Positions 1 to 11,912 of a stretch of 64,000 nt of DNA are shown here, in pieces. The notes under the pieces were generated by a model that saw only the letters and a list, made by a program, of their open reading frames with translations, was not told the DNA's origin and did not search any database. The stretch covers positions 1 through 64,000 of the forward strand of contig JAUCBJ010000128.1 in the NCBI GenBank assembly GCA_032718475.1, given 5' to 3'. The position numbers and the translations under genes are program-made. The first letter of the stretch is position 1; each line of letters starts with the position of its first letter. The DNA comes from Nemertoderma westbladi (Eukaryota; Animalia; Xenacoelomorpha).

Positions 1-706
1 TTCAAACCACTTTAACATAAGTCACAATCGTTATTGGTAACCTTTCTCTCTTACCTTAGGTATATCAAGAATATTGGGTTGCGGGGTTATTTATCGTTAT
101 TCCAAATATAATAATTCATCAACCATATTATGAAGAACTGACAGTAAATAGCAGTATAAAACAACAACTGAACAGTTAGGTAAATCGGTACGTCAGTACC
201 GGTATGTCAGCAGTGAGATATTTACAGTTAAAGGATATATGCCCTTTATAATTAAACCTACTAGTGTACGACTAAAAAGCAGTACAGCACAAAATACTTC
301 CAAGCCGTTCTTTCTTTGGCTCAAGACTGAATGTAAACACTGCACATAGGCATTGCGTCATTTCTCGGAAATTTTCTGTACAAGGAGCCACAAAAACTCT
401 CTAATTGGCTGACTGAACTGAGAGACGCCGTAGAACAAAGGAAATCAACACGTATGAATGTCAGCTGTTAACCGTAGTCATAGTAACTACTGTTCAAGAG
501 TAGCTATCACCCCTTTGCGTCACGAATTGCCATAGAATCATAAAATATGCCTTTCACAGTACACATACGGAGGAAATAGGTCTTAGATCCTCTAAAAACA
601 CCGATACAGCAATAATACGGTCTCTTACACTTATTAAATCAACTACAGAGTATTTTAATGTAAAAGATAATAAAAATAACGGGGCAATTCAGCAAAGGCT
701 TTTACA
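1..706 (-). mobile_element. Partial LTR of a Bel/Pao family related to element A (runs off the window start)
   Basis: Colinear blocks shared with LTR 10581-11834: ACAGTAAATAGCAGTATA, GTGAGATA, TATAATT(T)AAACCTACTA, CTCT.ATTGGCTG, CAGCTGTTA, and the same terminus GCTTTTACA (TGTAAAAGC on minus) at 706. Confidence 0.7.
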
Positions 707-724
707 TAATTCTTGGAGCTGAAA

Positions 725-3700
725 GGGTGACCTTCCACATTAAACCATTACACTCTGTTTCCTAAAGGAATGCCTGTTCACCACCATGGGTGATCTTCTA
801 CATTAAACCCTTCCACTCTGGTTCCTATAGGAATCCCTGTTCACCACCGTGGGTGATCTTCCACATTAAACCCTTCCACTCTGTGTCCTAAAGGAATGCT
901 GGTTCACCACCATGGGTGATCTTCCACAGTAAACCCTTCCACTCTCTTTCCTAAAGGAATGCCTGTTCATCACCATGGGTGATCTTCCACAGTAAACCCC
1001 TCCACTCTGTTTCCTAAAGGAATGCCTGTTCACCACCATGGGTGATCTTCCACAGTAAACCCTTCCACTCTGGTTCCTATAGGAATCCCTGTTTACTACC
1101 ATGGGTGATCTTCCACAGTAAACCCTTCCACTCTGTTTCCTAAAGAAATGCTGGTTCACCACCATGGGTGATCTTCCACATTAAACCCTTCCACTCTGTT
1201 TCCTAAAGGAATGCTGGTTCACCACCATGGGTGATCTTCCACATTTAACCATTCCACTCTGTTTCCTAAAGGAATGCCTGTTCACCACCATGGGTGATCG
1301 TCCACATTAAACCCTTCCACTCTGGTTCCTATAGAAATCCCTGTTCACCACCATGGGTCATCTTCCACATTAAACCCTTCCACTCTGTTTCCTAAAGGAA
1401 TGCTGGTTCACCACCATGGGTGATCTTCCACATTAAACCCTTCCACTCTGTTTCCTAAAGGAATGCTGATTCACCACCATGGGTGATCTTCCACATTAAA
1501 TCATTCCACTCTGTTTTCTAAAGGAATGCCTGTTCACCATCATGGGTGATCTTCCACAGTAAACCCTTCCACTCTGTTTCCTAAAGGAATGCTTGTTCAC
1601 CACAATGGGTAATCTTCCACAGTAAACCCTTCCACCCTGTTTCCTAAAGAAATGCCGATTCACCACCATGAGTGATCTTCCACAGTAAACCCTTCCTCTC
1701 TGTTTTTTAAAGGAATGTCTGTTCACCACGATGGGTGATCTTCCACAATAAACCCTTCCACTCTGTTTCCTAAAGGAATGCCTGTTCATCACCATGGGTG
1801 ATCTTCCACAGTAAAACCTTCCACTCTGTTTCCTAAAGGAATGCTGGTTCACCACCATGGGTGATCTTCCACATTAAACCCTTCCACTCTGTTTCCTAAA
1901 GGAATGCTGGTTCACCACCATGGGTGATCTTCCACATTAAACCATTCCACTCTGTTTTCTAAAGGAATGCCTGTTCACCACCATGGGTGATCTTTCACAG
2001 TAAACCCTTCCACTCTGGTTTCTATAGGAATCCCTGTTCACCACCATGGGTGATCTTCCACATTATACCCTTCCACTCTTTTTTCTAAAGGAATGCTGGT
2101 TCACCACCATGGGTGATCTTCCACATTTAACCATTCCACTCTGTTTCCTAAAGGAATGCCTGTTCACCATCATGGGTGATCTTCCACAGTAAACCCTTCC
2201 ACTCTGTTTCCTAAAGGAATGCTTGTTCACCACAATGGGTAATCTTCCACAGTAAACCCTTCCACCCTGTTTCCTAAAGAAATGCCGATTCACCACCATG
2301 AGTGATCTTCCACAGTAAACCCTTCCACTCTGTTTCCTAAAGGAATGCTGGTTCACCACCATGGGTGATCTTCCACATTAAACCGTTCCACTCTGTTTTC
2401 TAAAGGAATGCCTGTTCACCACCATGGGTGATCTTCCACAGTAAACCCTTCCACTCTGGTTTCTATAGGAATGCCTGTTCACCACCATGGGTGATCTTCC
2501 ACAGTAAACCCTCCACTCTGGTTCCTATAGGAATCCCTGTTCACCACCATGGGTGATCTTCCACATTAAACCCTTCCACTCTGTTTCCTAAAGGAATGCT
2601 GGTTCACCACCATGGGTGATCTTCCACATTAAACCATTCCACTCTGTTTTCTAAAGGAATGCCTGTTCACCACCATGGGTGATCTTCCACAGTAAACCCT
2701 TCCACTCTGGTTTCTATAGGAATGCCTGTTCACCACCATGGGTGATCTTCCACAGTAAACCCTCCACTCTGGTTCCTATAGGAATCCCTGTTCACCACCA
2801 TGGGTGATCTTCCACATTAAACCCTTCCACTCTGTTTCCTAAAGGAATGCTGGTTCACCACCATGGGTGATCTTCCACATTTAACCATTCCACTCTGTTT
2901 CCTAAAGGAATGCCTGTTCACCACCATGGGTGATCGTCCACATTAAACCCTTCCACTCTGGTTCCTATAGGAATCCCTGTTCACCACCATGGGTCATCTT
3001 CCACATTAAACCCTTCCACTCTGTTTCCTAAAGGAATGCTGGTTCACCACCATGGGTGATCTTCCACATTAAACCCTTCCACTCTGTTTCCTAAAGGAAT
3101 GCTGATTCACCACCATGGGTGATCTTCCACATTAAATCATTCCACTCTGTTTTCTAAAGGAATGCCTGTTCACCATCATGGGTGATCTTCCACAGTAAAC
3201 CCTTCCACTCTGTTTCCTAAAGGAATGCTTGTTCACCACAATGGGTAATCTTCCACAGTAAACCCTTCCACCCTGTTTCCTAAAGAAATGCCGATTCACC
3301 ACCATGAGTAATCTTCCACAGTAAACCCTTCCACCCTGTTTCCTAAAGAAATGCCGATTCACCACCATGAGTGATCTTCCACAGTAAACCCTTCCTCTCT
3401 GTTTTTTAAACGAATGTCTGTTCACCACGATGGGTGATCTTCCACAATAAACCCTTCCACTCTGTTTCCTAAATGAATGCCTGTTCATCACCATGGGTGA
3501 TCTTCCACAGTAAAACCTTCCACTCTGTTTCCTAAAGGAATGCTGGTTCACCACCATGGGTGATCTTCCACATTAAACCCTTCCACTCTGTTTCCTAAAG
3601 GAATGCTGGTTCACCACCATGGGTGATCTTCCACATTAAACCATTCCACTCTGTTTTCTAAAGGAATGCCTGTTCACCACCATGGGTGATCTTCCACAGG

Positions 3701-4227
3701 AAACCCTTCCACTCTGGTTTCTATAGGAATGCCTGTTCACCACCATGGGTGATCTTCCACAGTAAACCCTCCACTCTGGTTCCTATAGGAATCCCTGTTC
3801 ACCACCATGGGTGATCTTCCACATTAAACCCTTCCACTCTTTTTTCTAAAGGAATGCCTGTTCACCACCATGGGTGATCTTCCACAGTAAACCCTTCCAC
3901 TCTGTTTTCTAAAGGAATGCCTGTTCACCACCATGGGTGATCTTCCACAGTACCACAGTAAACCATTCCACTCTGTTTCCTAAAGGAATGCTTGTTCACC
4001 ACAATGGGTAATCTTCCACAGTAAACCCTTCCACCCTGTTTCCTAAAGAAATGCATGTTCACCACCATGAGTGATCTTCCACAGCAAACCCTTCCCCTCT
4101 GTTTCTTAAAGAAATGTCTGTTCACCACTATGGGTGATCTTCCACAGTAAACCCTTCCACTCTGATGGTTCCTATAGGAATGCCTGTTCACCACCATGGG
4201 TGATCTTTCACAGTAAACCCTTCCACT
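725..4227 (-). repeat. 63-bp tandem satellite, about 55 units, forming the 3' extension of a SINE
   Basis: Unit on plus strand TTCCACTCTGTTTCCTAAAGGAATGCCTGTTCACCACCATGGGTGATCTTCCACAGTAAACCC repeated with point variants. Confidence 0.97.
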
Positions 4228-4402
4228 ATATTTCCCACGTTGCCTTGGTTCCCATTTACCGACCATCCAAGGGTGAAAGCCCGGGTTGGGCTAGGCTGCA
4301 GCATTTAAAGCAGAGTGCCCAAACAGTGCTGCCCCTATCTAGGGATCGAACCAGGGCTTCCTGAATGGAAGCCCAGGAATATAACCACTAGATCAAGCTG
4401 CT
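4228..4402 (-). mobile_element. tRNA-derived SINE (head and core)
   Basis: Minus strand GCAGCTTGATCTAGTGGTTATATTCCTGGGCTTCCATTCAGGAAGCCCTGGTTCGATCCC has an A box (TAGTGGTTA), a B box (GGTTCGATCCC) and a TCC anticodon-like loop, followed by core CTTTCACCCTTGGATGGTCGGTAAATGGGAACC; diverged second copy at 9584. Confidence 0.8.
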
Positions 4403-4731
4403 TATTAGTTATAGTAATTAGTTACTAATTATTATTTAATATATAGGCCCATGACTTAAAGAAATTATTATTATTTCATCTCCTAGAATTATTAACTGTC
4501 AATCATTTAAATGTTCAATGAGTAAAATAAATATTTTAAAATTTTGAAAAAATATTTTTAGTTATCGAAAATCATCAATAATCAATAGAAAATGTCAGAT
4601 AATCGATTGAAACATTTTATTATTTTTGCATGAAATTTTTTATATTAAAATCTAAATAAAAATTCGTCCCCTTTACCTCCACCAGGGCTACAGGGGTTCT
4701 GCCCCCCGGAATCCGCTGGGGCAGCGCCCTT

Positions 4732-5885
4732 ACGAATTACCAATAGAGATGCGTTGGTTGGCCAGCTGGCTTCACTCATACATGAGTGGTTTCTCTCAAT
4801 CGGTTAAATCTGGAAAAAACATATCTTCCTCTATTTCACTGAAAGTTGGTTTTCCCCAAGGGGGTCCTCTCTCCTCTCAGTGGACCTTTGTTTAGCTCAT
4901 CAGTAACAAGTATTACAAGTATTCTTAATGTTCTTAAATAATAAATTGTGAATATCCTTCAGTTTCTAGTTTATACTGGGGGATACTTATATTTCAACTG
5001 CTTATTTTTCTTTAGGACGATTTCCCTTTTGTATTGGCGGTAGACGTCTGTCATAGACACGGCTGGTGGACGCCACTGGATGGACCCATTACCATAGACA
5101 CAGGTGGTGGACATCACTGGGTGGACCCATTACCATCATAGACACGGATGGTGGACGCCACTGAACGGACCCATTACCATAGACACGGGTGGTAGACGCC
5201 ACTGGGGTTAATTAACATAGTCGGTTAATTATAATAAATATAAAAATAATTATTTAAATGGAAGGTCCGATTTTTCAAAAATGTGCCCTACCCCACTCCA
5301 GATGCTGCCTACGCCCATGAATGAAACCTACAGTATTCGCCATTGACATGGTTTATCATTGTGGTACTTGGTACTACTGTAGTATCTTGTACTGTACTGT
5401 AGTACCTTGTACATAAGTTAATTTTCTGTATCATTTGGGAAACCTGCAGATCCACCACAAGGATCAATGGAAAACAAATTGTGTTATTTTTATGTCAATA
5501 ATTTATCAGCGTTCTGGTGAAATTCTCATAGCATTGCAAAGTAAATCTATAGAAACAATCGACTTCTGGAACACCTTGAATTGAATTGAATAATTCGTTT
5601 AATTTGCTGTACATAATGGAGGAATGTAAATAGGAAACTGTACATAATGGAGGAATGTAAATAGGAAAAATACACTTAATTACCGTTAATCACAAACACA
5701 CATTACACATAAAACTTTAAAATTACAGAAATAATACGTTAAAATTAAAAGTTTAAAAGTATGATCAAATTCAACAAAGGTCCACTGAGAGGACCCCCTT
5801 GGGGAAAACCAACTTTCAGTGAAATAGAGGAAGATATATGAGTGAAACCAGCCGGCCAACCAGCGCATCTCTATTGGTAATTCGT
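4732..5885. mobile_element. Non-autonomous foldback/MITE-like element with long inverted arms
   Basis: 4732-4892 (ACGAATTACCAATAGAGATGCG...GTGGACCTTTGTT) is the near reverse complement of 5774-5885; interior has a ~42-bp minisatellite (5053-5205) and a 30-bp duplication (5608-5667); no clear TSD. Confidence 0.65.
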
Positions 5886-6527
5886 CTAAAAGTCTGTTTC
5901 AAAACTTGTTTTGTAACACTGTGTTAAAAGCAGATAGAGTAGTCTATGAATAAACATTTTACAATTGTGTGTCTTTCATCTATCCTATCGTTTCTGTAAT
6001 CTGATTAAGGAGGTAAAAGACCGCATCAGCTGTAGAATAACCTTTTTGTATGCAAATTGAAAAATATCATCAGTGGATTTACTTGCATTACGAAATACTG
6101 AAATATATCTAGAGCCAATAATGTTAAGCCAAAGTTACCTGACATTCTGAGTATTAATTATTATCCATTGTTGTGAACTTGTGATGCCACCTCACGCCGT
6201 TTTGGTGTAATTGCAAATAATGAGTGAGCAACCACAGTATCATCAGGTTGAACGATTGTTTAGTCTACTGCGTGATTCACACTCACTGCAGTACCAAACA
6301 GCCAGAGTACAGAATACTGCACTGAGAGTACAGGAGTACCGGTACTGCTGTACTGGAGTTGTACAGATACAGAGATATAGCAGTATACGGGTATAGCAGT
6401 ATAGGCCATAGGCCTACTCGACATCAGTATACAGTATACGTCTGCACGTTGTATATACCTGTATACTGATATATCATTCTGAAGATAATATAGAAACACT
6501 ACACTGCTACTGGCTGACAGGACTGGG

Positions 6528-7265
6528 ATGGCCGATGTCAATGGAATACCTGACAGTTGGGAGAATGAAAACGTACCGGTACCGGATCCAGAGCCGGCAA
6601 CGAAACCGGTCGCCTTGGTTTCCGACAAGTGGGAAGGAGAGGATGAAGACGACGATGATATAAAAGACGCGTGGGATGCCGACAGCGACTCGGGGGAGAA
6701 AAAACCGGTAGAATCGAAGAAAAAGAAACCGCTTGGCGAACGAATACGGGAGAAGGAAGAGCTAAAGAGGAAACTGTTGGAGGAGAAACGGGAGTCTCAG
6801 AAAACCGCGGAGCAACTGAAAACCGATAATTCCCTCCAACAAAAATACCAGGAGGAATCCGACTTCGAACTGACTAAAGATATGTTTCGCATAGACGATT
6901 TGGCCGCTAATGATTCAGACAGCATCGACAAGTTTAACCCTAGAACTGTGGAAGATTTCGATAAATTCCAAGATAATTTGGTTAAGAAGCTGCGAAGCCT
7001 AGAGAGTTTGCCCCTGTACCACCGATTTCTAATGAATCTCTGCAGGGATTTGTGTATTAATATGAGTTCCGAGCAGATTAAAGACATTGTCGGCACTACG
7101 ACGGCGCTGTTTAACGAGAAAAGTAAACTCGAGAGGAGCGCTTTGGGTAAAATTAAAAAGAAATCGAAACCCAGGATTATGGGAGGGAAGGCTGGTGCTA
7201 AAGATGGTGTTAATGAACTCAATGAGGACGATGTTGGATATGATGAATTCGACGATATATTCTAG
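6528..7265 (+). CDS. EIF3J: Eukaryotic translation initiation factor 3 subunit J, single exon
   Basis: 245 aa with DSWE, DKWEGEDEDDDDIKDAWD, QEESDFELTKDMF and C-terminal YDEFDDIF motifs typical of eIF3j/Hcr1. Confidence 0.92.
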   Translation: MADVNGIPDSWENENVPVPDPEPATKPVALVSDKWEGEDEDDDDIKDAWDADSDSGEKKPVESKKKKPLGERIREKEELKRKLLEEKRESQKTAEQLKTDNSLQQKYQEESDFELTKDMFRIDDLAANDSDSIDKFNPRTVEDFDKFQDNLVKKLRSLESLPLYHRFLMNLCRDLCINMSSEQIKDIVGTTTALFNEKSKLERSALGKIKKKSKPRIMGGKAGAKDGVNELNEDDVGYDEFDDIF

Positions 7266-9231
7266 AATATTTCCGTGTCACCCGGGTTGTGGGCGATTTT
7301 GTTGTGTTATGCCTACATATTTATAATTAATTAATTACTACAACTAATTATTGACAAGGAAGCTACAACATCTGTGTGGTAAAGTCATTGTTATCATTTA
7401 AACAATTATTTTATCGAACACGAACTCTATAATAATATAATATTGTTTAATATCAATAATTTTGTTATATTTCAAATATTTGGTTGTGTTTTCTCATATC
7501 TTCATGCAGCTTATCATATATTTATTGGATTGATTATTCGATCGCCTTCGCAATTATTAGTTAATCATTTGATAATTTTTGGAGTTTGCACAGTTTTAAC
7601 CGGAAGTAGGGTTCGAACTAGTTACCTTTAGGGCCGGTGTGTGTTGGAGTAGAAATTACATGGGGGGTGGGGGGGGGGGGGGGCTGGTGGTTGAATAGAT
7701 GAAACATATCGACCCTAACCTAGAAGTGAAATATACACACTTATTTTCTAAAATGAATAATTTAATTCAATATTCCTTTTATGTATTTTGCTAGAATGTA
7801 TATTATTTTATTATTAGTTACGAAATTGGCTTTGGAATACATTACAAAGTATTAGTTGAAAGCTTGAGTGGTACATTAGTATTAGGCAGTCAGGGTCAAA
7901 TTCAAGTTTCAATGTATTTATTAGGCGCCGAATCTGGTTGAATTTAATCTGCAACGTGCCGTCGGCGTCCCACCACGTCGGGCAACGTGGAATTAAAAAA
8001 CGTGAAATTTCATATAAAATTATATTAAATGTCTAAAAGGCAGGAAATTAAAATAATTTAGTTTTTCTATAAAATTATTAGCCCATGTAAAGTATACGAG
8101 ACTTTCTGCCGTTATATTTCACTTTGCAGTTTATCCCGATATGAATAATACTAAGTTTTCACTAAAACCACAGGTTTCAGAGGGGCTGATTCTAACCAAA
8201 ACAATAAACGATAAGTATCTGTACAGGTTGTAAGACAGAAATAAGCGCTATAAAACACTTAATAAGGGAGACAGGGGGGAAAACTCGACGCAAAACCCGA
8301 CTTGGCGAATTAATATCCCGCCTCAATATTAAATTATCAATTAAGGGAAAGGAACAGGTTACAGTGGCACGATATTTTAACCAAAACAATAAACTAAACA
8401 CAATAGAACAGGTTACAGTTTTATTTTTGAGAGTAATCAGCTGTTATTTGCGTCCAATTTCCCCTGGAGAGGGATGAATTTTTATTGCGTCCAGTTCCCC
8501 CCCTATCTGTAATAAGGATAAATTTGGAAAAAAAAAAAAATTCTTCATATACAAAATTCCAGAAGAATTTCGACTGCAAAGTGAAAACCTGGTATTCTTA
8601 ACATCCGGGCGAAATTATAAAATTAATAATGCTATTCTGATTTGCAGTTTAAAATATCTGCAGATAATAAATTTCAAAATTATGTTTTGTAAATACATAC
8701 ATTGAATATAAATTTACTTACACTTATAGCGAAGACTCCATTATTGATTGTTCGTAATAGTGAGAGACAGGGTTGGGTTGGGGTATTAACCACAGGGCTG
8801 AACGTATTTATATAGTTCAAAATTTACATCGTAATTAAAAACAGTAAACACCCAGGTCTCTCATCTTATCTTAATAGCGTGTAATCTTCGCTCGCTAATT
8901 TATCAATTAAGGGAAGACCAGGTTACAATGGCATGTAATTCTAACCAAAACAGTAAACGTGAGTTACATGTTACAGGTTTAAATCAGCTGACAATAACTT
9001 ATAGTAGAAGTGGCTACTGACCGGACGCTCTGAATACCGCTGAATATTGAAGCTGTATATTTGATTTATATTTTACGTGTGTATTATATCGACCGGACCC
9101 TTATTACCACAATTAAGTAACCTGCATTATTCAATTCAAATTAAGTTTATATTCCATTGATAATAATTATTAGTTAACAATATTATTATAGATGCACAAT
9201 GCAATCCTATGTAATAATGGAAATCGAAGCA

Positions 9232-9366
9232 GGACCTTATCGCTCCTGGAACTTTATCGCCCCTATAAATTGCATTTTTGTTGGGAACTTATCGCCCCCC
9301 AGTTTTGAGTTTTTAGGAACTTAACGCCCCTGGGTCTTTATCGCCCCCGAGTCGTTATCGCCCCTG
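9232..9366 (+). repeat. Array of TTATCGCCCC motifs (subterminal-repeat-like)
   Basis: About six copies with variable spacers; an inverted colinear copy lies at 37167-37310. Confidence 0.7.
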
Positions 9367-9583
9367 TCATTATATGCAGGATACTTTCCCAAACTTTCTC
9401 ATACTTCCTCTAAGTCACATATTTTACTGTAGTTATAGTTATACATTTACGTTTACATTTATATTTATACTCAAATAGTTTCAGTTAGAGGAGGCCTACA
9501 ATTAAAAATTATATTATTCATATTTTCATTTTCATATTCAATTCATAGAATTGATTTAGCAGCAAACATTTAGCTAATTGAGC

Positions 9584-9765
9584 AGCAGCTTGATTTAGTG
9601 TTAACAATCTGGGTTTTCATTCGGGAGGCTCCAGATTTGTTCCCTCGATGACGCATTTTTTTTTACTGTTTTGGCACAGGACTTTAAATGCTGCAGACTA
9701 GCTCTACCAAGGATTTCGTCCTTTGATGGTCGATAAATGAGAACCATGGTAACTTGGAAAACAGA
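9584..9765 (+). mobile_element. Second, more degenerate copy of the tRNA-derived SINE
   Basis: Aligns with the reverse complement of 4228-4402 (GCAGCTTGATTTAGTG...TTTAAATGCTGCAG.CTAG...GATGGTCGATAAATGAGAACC). Confidence 0.75.
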
Positions 9766-10387
9766 GTGGAAGGGTTTATTATGGAAGATCACAAATGGTG
9801 GAGAACAAGCATTTCTTTTGCGCTTTAGGAAACATAGTGGAGGGGTTTACTATGGAACATCACCCACGGAGTGAACAGGCATTCCTTTAGTAAAGAGACT
9901 GGAAGGGTTTACTGTGGAAGATCACCCATGGTGGTGAACAGGCATCCTTTAGGAACCAGAGTGGAAGGGTTTACTGTGGAAGATCACCCATGGTGGTGAA
10001 CAGGCATCCTTTAGGAACCAGAGTGGAGGGGTTTACTGTGGAAGATCACCCATGGTGGGGTACAGGCATTCCTTTAGGAAACATAGTGGAAGGGTTTACT
10101 GTGGAAGATTACCCGTGGTTGTGAACAGGCATTCCTTTAGGAAACAGAGTGTAAGGGTTTACTGTGGAACATCACCCATGGTGGTGAACAGGCATTCCTT
10201 TAGAAAGCAGAGTGTAAGGGTTTACTGTGGAAGATCCCCCATGGTGGTGAACAGGCATTCCTTTAGGAAACGGAGTGGAAGGGTTTACTGTGGAAGATCA
10301 CCCATGGTGGTGAACATTCATTCCTTTAGGAAACAGAGTGGAAGGGTTTACTGTGGAAGATCACCCTTGACAGCGTACAGGCATTCA
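9766..10387 (+). repeat. 63-bp satellite array, about 10 units, inverted relative to 725-4227
   Basis: Unit GTGGAAGGGTTTACTGTGGAAGATCACCCATGGTGGTGAACAGGCATTCCTTTAGGAAACAGA. Confidence 0.95.
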
Positions 10388-10580
10388 CTAGCCTACTAAG
10401 CCTAAATGTTACTATTTTAATCTATTCGATATATTTTAACGTATTTTTTGAAATAGACCGTTGTACTTACAGTATTATTCCTATTTTACCTATGCCAGTA
10501 TACATGCAGTTTAACTATTAGGCTCATTCCATGAAAAGGTCAACCTCCCCACTAATTTTGAAAAATGATATGTACTGTAG

Positions 10581-11834
10581 TGTACGCGCTTTTGAAGACC
10601 TTTAGCAGTTTAACCTGCCAAAATTTATATGTCTTTTGGTTTATAAATAGACTTTAGAAGTTGACAAATATTTAATACCAATAAACACAACATTAGCAGA
10701 AGCCAGCCTAGTGCGCGTCCATTCACCCGCTGGATATACCCGGGAGACTGGATTCTGAGGGCTTAGATTATTATTGCAGTGTAAGCTTACTGTATTATTC
10801 GATTGATCGTTAATAAATAATTTCTGACTAATATTATTCACTTTCGGGAAATATTAACAGTTCCTTTAGGACGTGGCGCTCTATCTAGGTAAACAGAGAT
10901 ATGACTTATACTAATCACAACGGCAAGTCGGTAAGGCTTATGATTCACGTATGAGGCGCATTCTTTAGGAAATGCTTAGTTATCAGTCACAATCAGGCAC
11001 ACTACCGGTAACACACAATACTGCTCACTAATTTGCCGACCGTCAATGAATTTTATCATATATAAAGCGAACAGCAACGGACTCATGTAGTGCTTATCAA
11101 ATAGCATTAAATTCACTACAAACCACAACAATATAAGTCGCAATCGCTATATATAACCCGTCTCTCTAACCTGTAGTGTATCAAGAAAATTGGGAAATTT
11201 GGGTTCTTTATAGATGTTCTCCAAATAATATTCAACCAACTGATACAAAATATGACAACAGTAAATAGCAGTATAATAATGTATGTTGAACAGATAATGT
11301 AAGACTGAAGTGAGATAAGATAACAGTTATACGCTCTATAATTTAAACCTACTAATGTTTCTTCTAAAGTATGAAAACGAGTTGACTCTAGAGCCGGTGT
11401 TCCTGGCCTAGATAGAAACAACACAACAGTATCACGAAAAACAGTAAGACTGAACACTCCTAGCATGATCTGCCAAAATATCTCCACATCGACAGAAAAA
11501 ATCGCTCTGATTGGCTGTTAAGCTAAAGAAAGAACCATGTGTCCAATGGCCGTTTCCATGTCAGCAACCAGCTGTTAGATGTCGTAAGCTGAATCATCAA
11601 GGCTAAGCTGTGCCAGGGTATTTGGTGCATTGCGGGTTTTTTGCCTTACCATGTCCGCCAAAGCACACATATAGAAGAATGACGTTTATGTCCGTTAAAA
11701 CACCTATAACGGTACCTTGCGGGCGAGGGGGATATATATATATAGTTAGAGAGCTTTTTAGAGTATTCCAGCGCCTGGGGGAAAACTGGATTGCAAAGCA
11801 AAAGGGCCAGTTATATCCCACAGAAGCTTTTACA
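10581..11834 (-). repeat. 3' LTR of element A (1254 bp)
   Basis: Direct repeat of 34132-35383 with only a handful of substitutions and small indels. Confidence 0.97.
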
Positions 11835-11912
11835 CCGCTCCCAGAAAATGGGATTTGAGTCTATAAAATATACAAAATCACAGTTTCTAATATACGTAAA
11901 TACTCTAAACAG

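Noticed and set aside
725-4227. CRISPR-like array
   Set aside because: No unique spacers, no cas genes, eukaryotic context
866-4266. Repetitive MVVNRHSFRKQSGRVYCGRSP ORFs (also 10052-10399)
   Set aside because: By-product of a 63-bp (21-codon) unit; variant units introduce TAA stops freely
4335-4402. Functional tRNA-Gly gene
   Set aside because: No proper acceptor stem; continues into a SINE core and has a degenerate second copy
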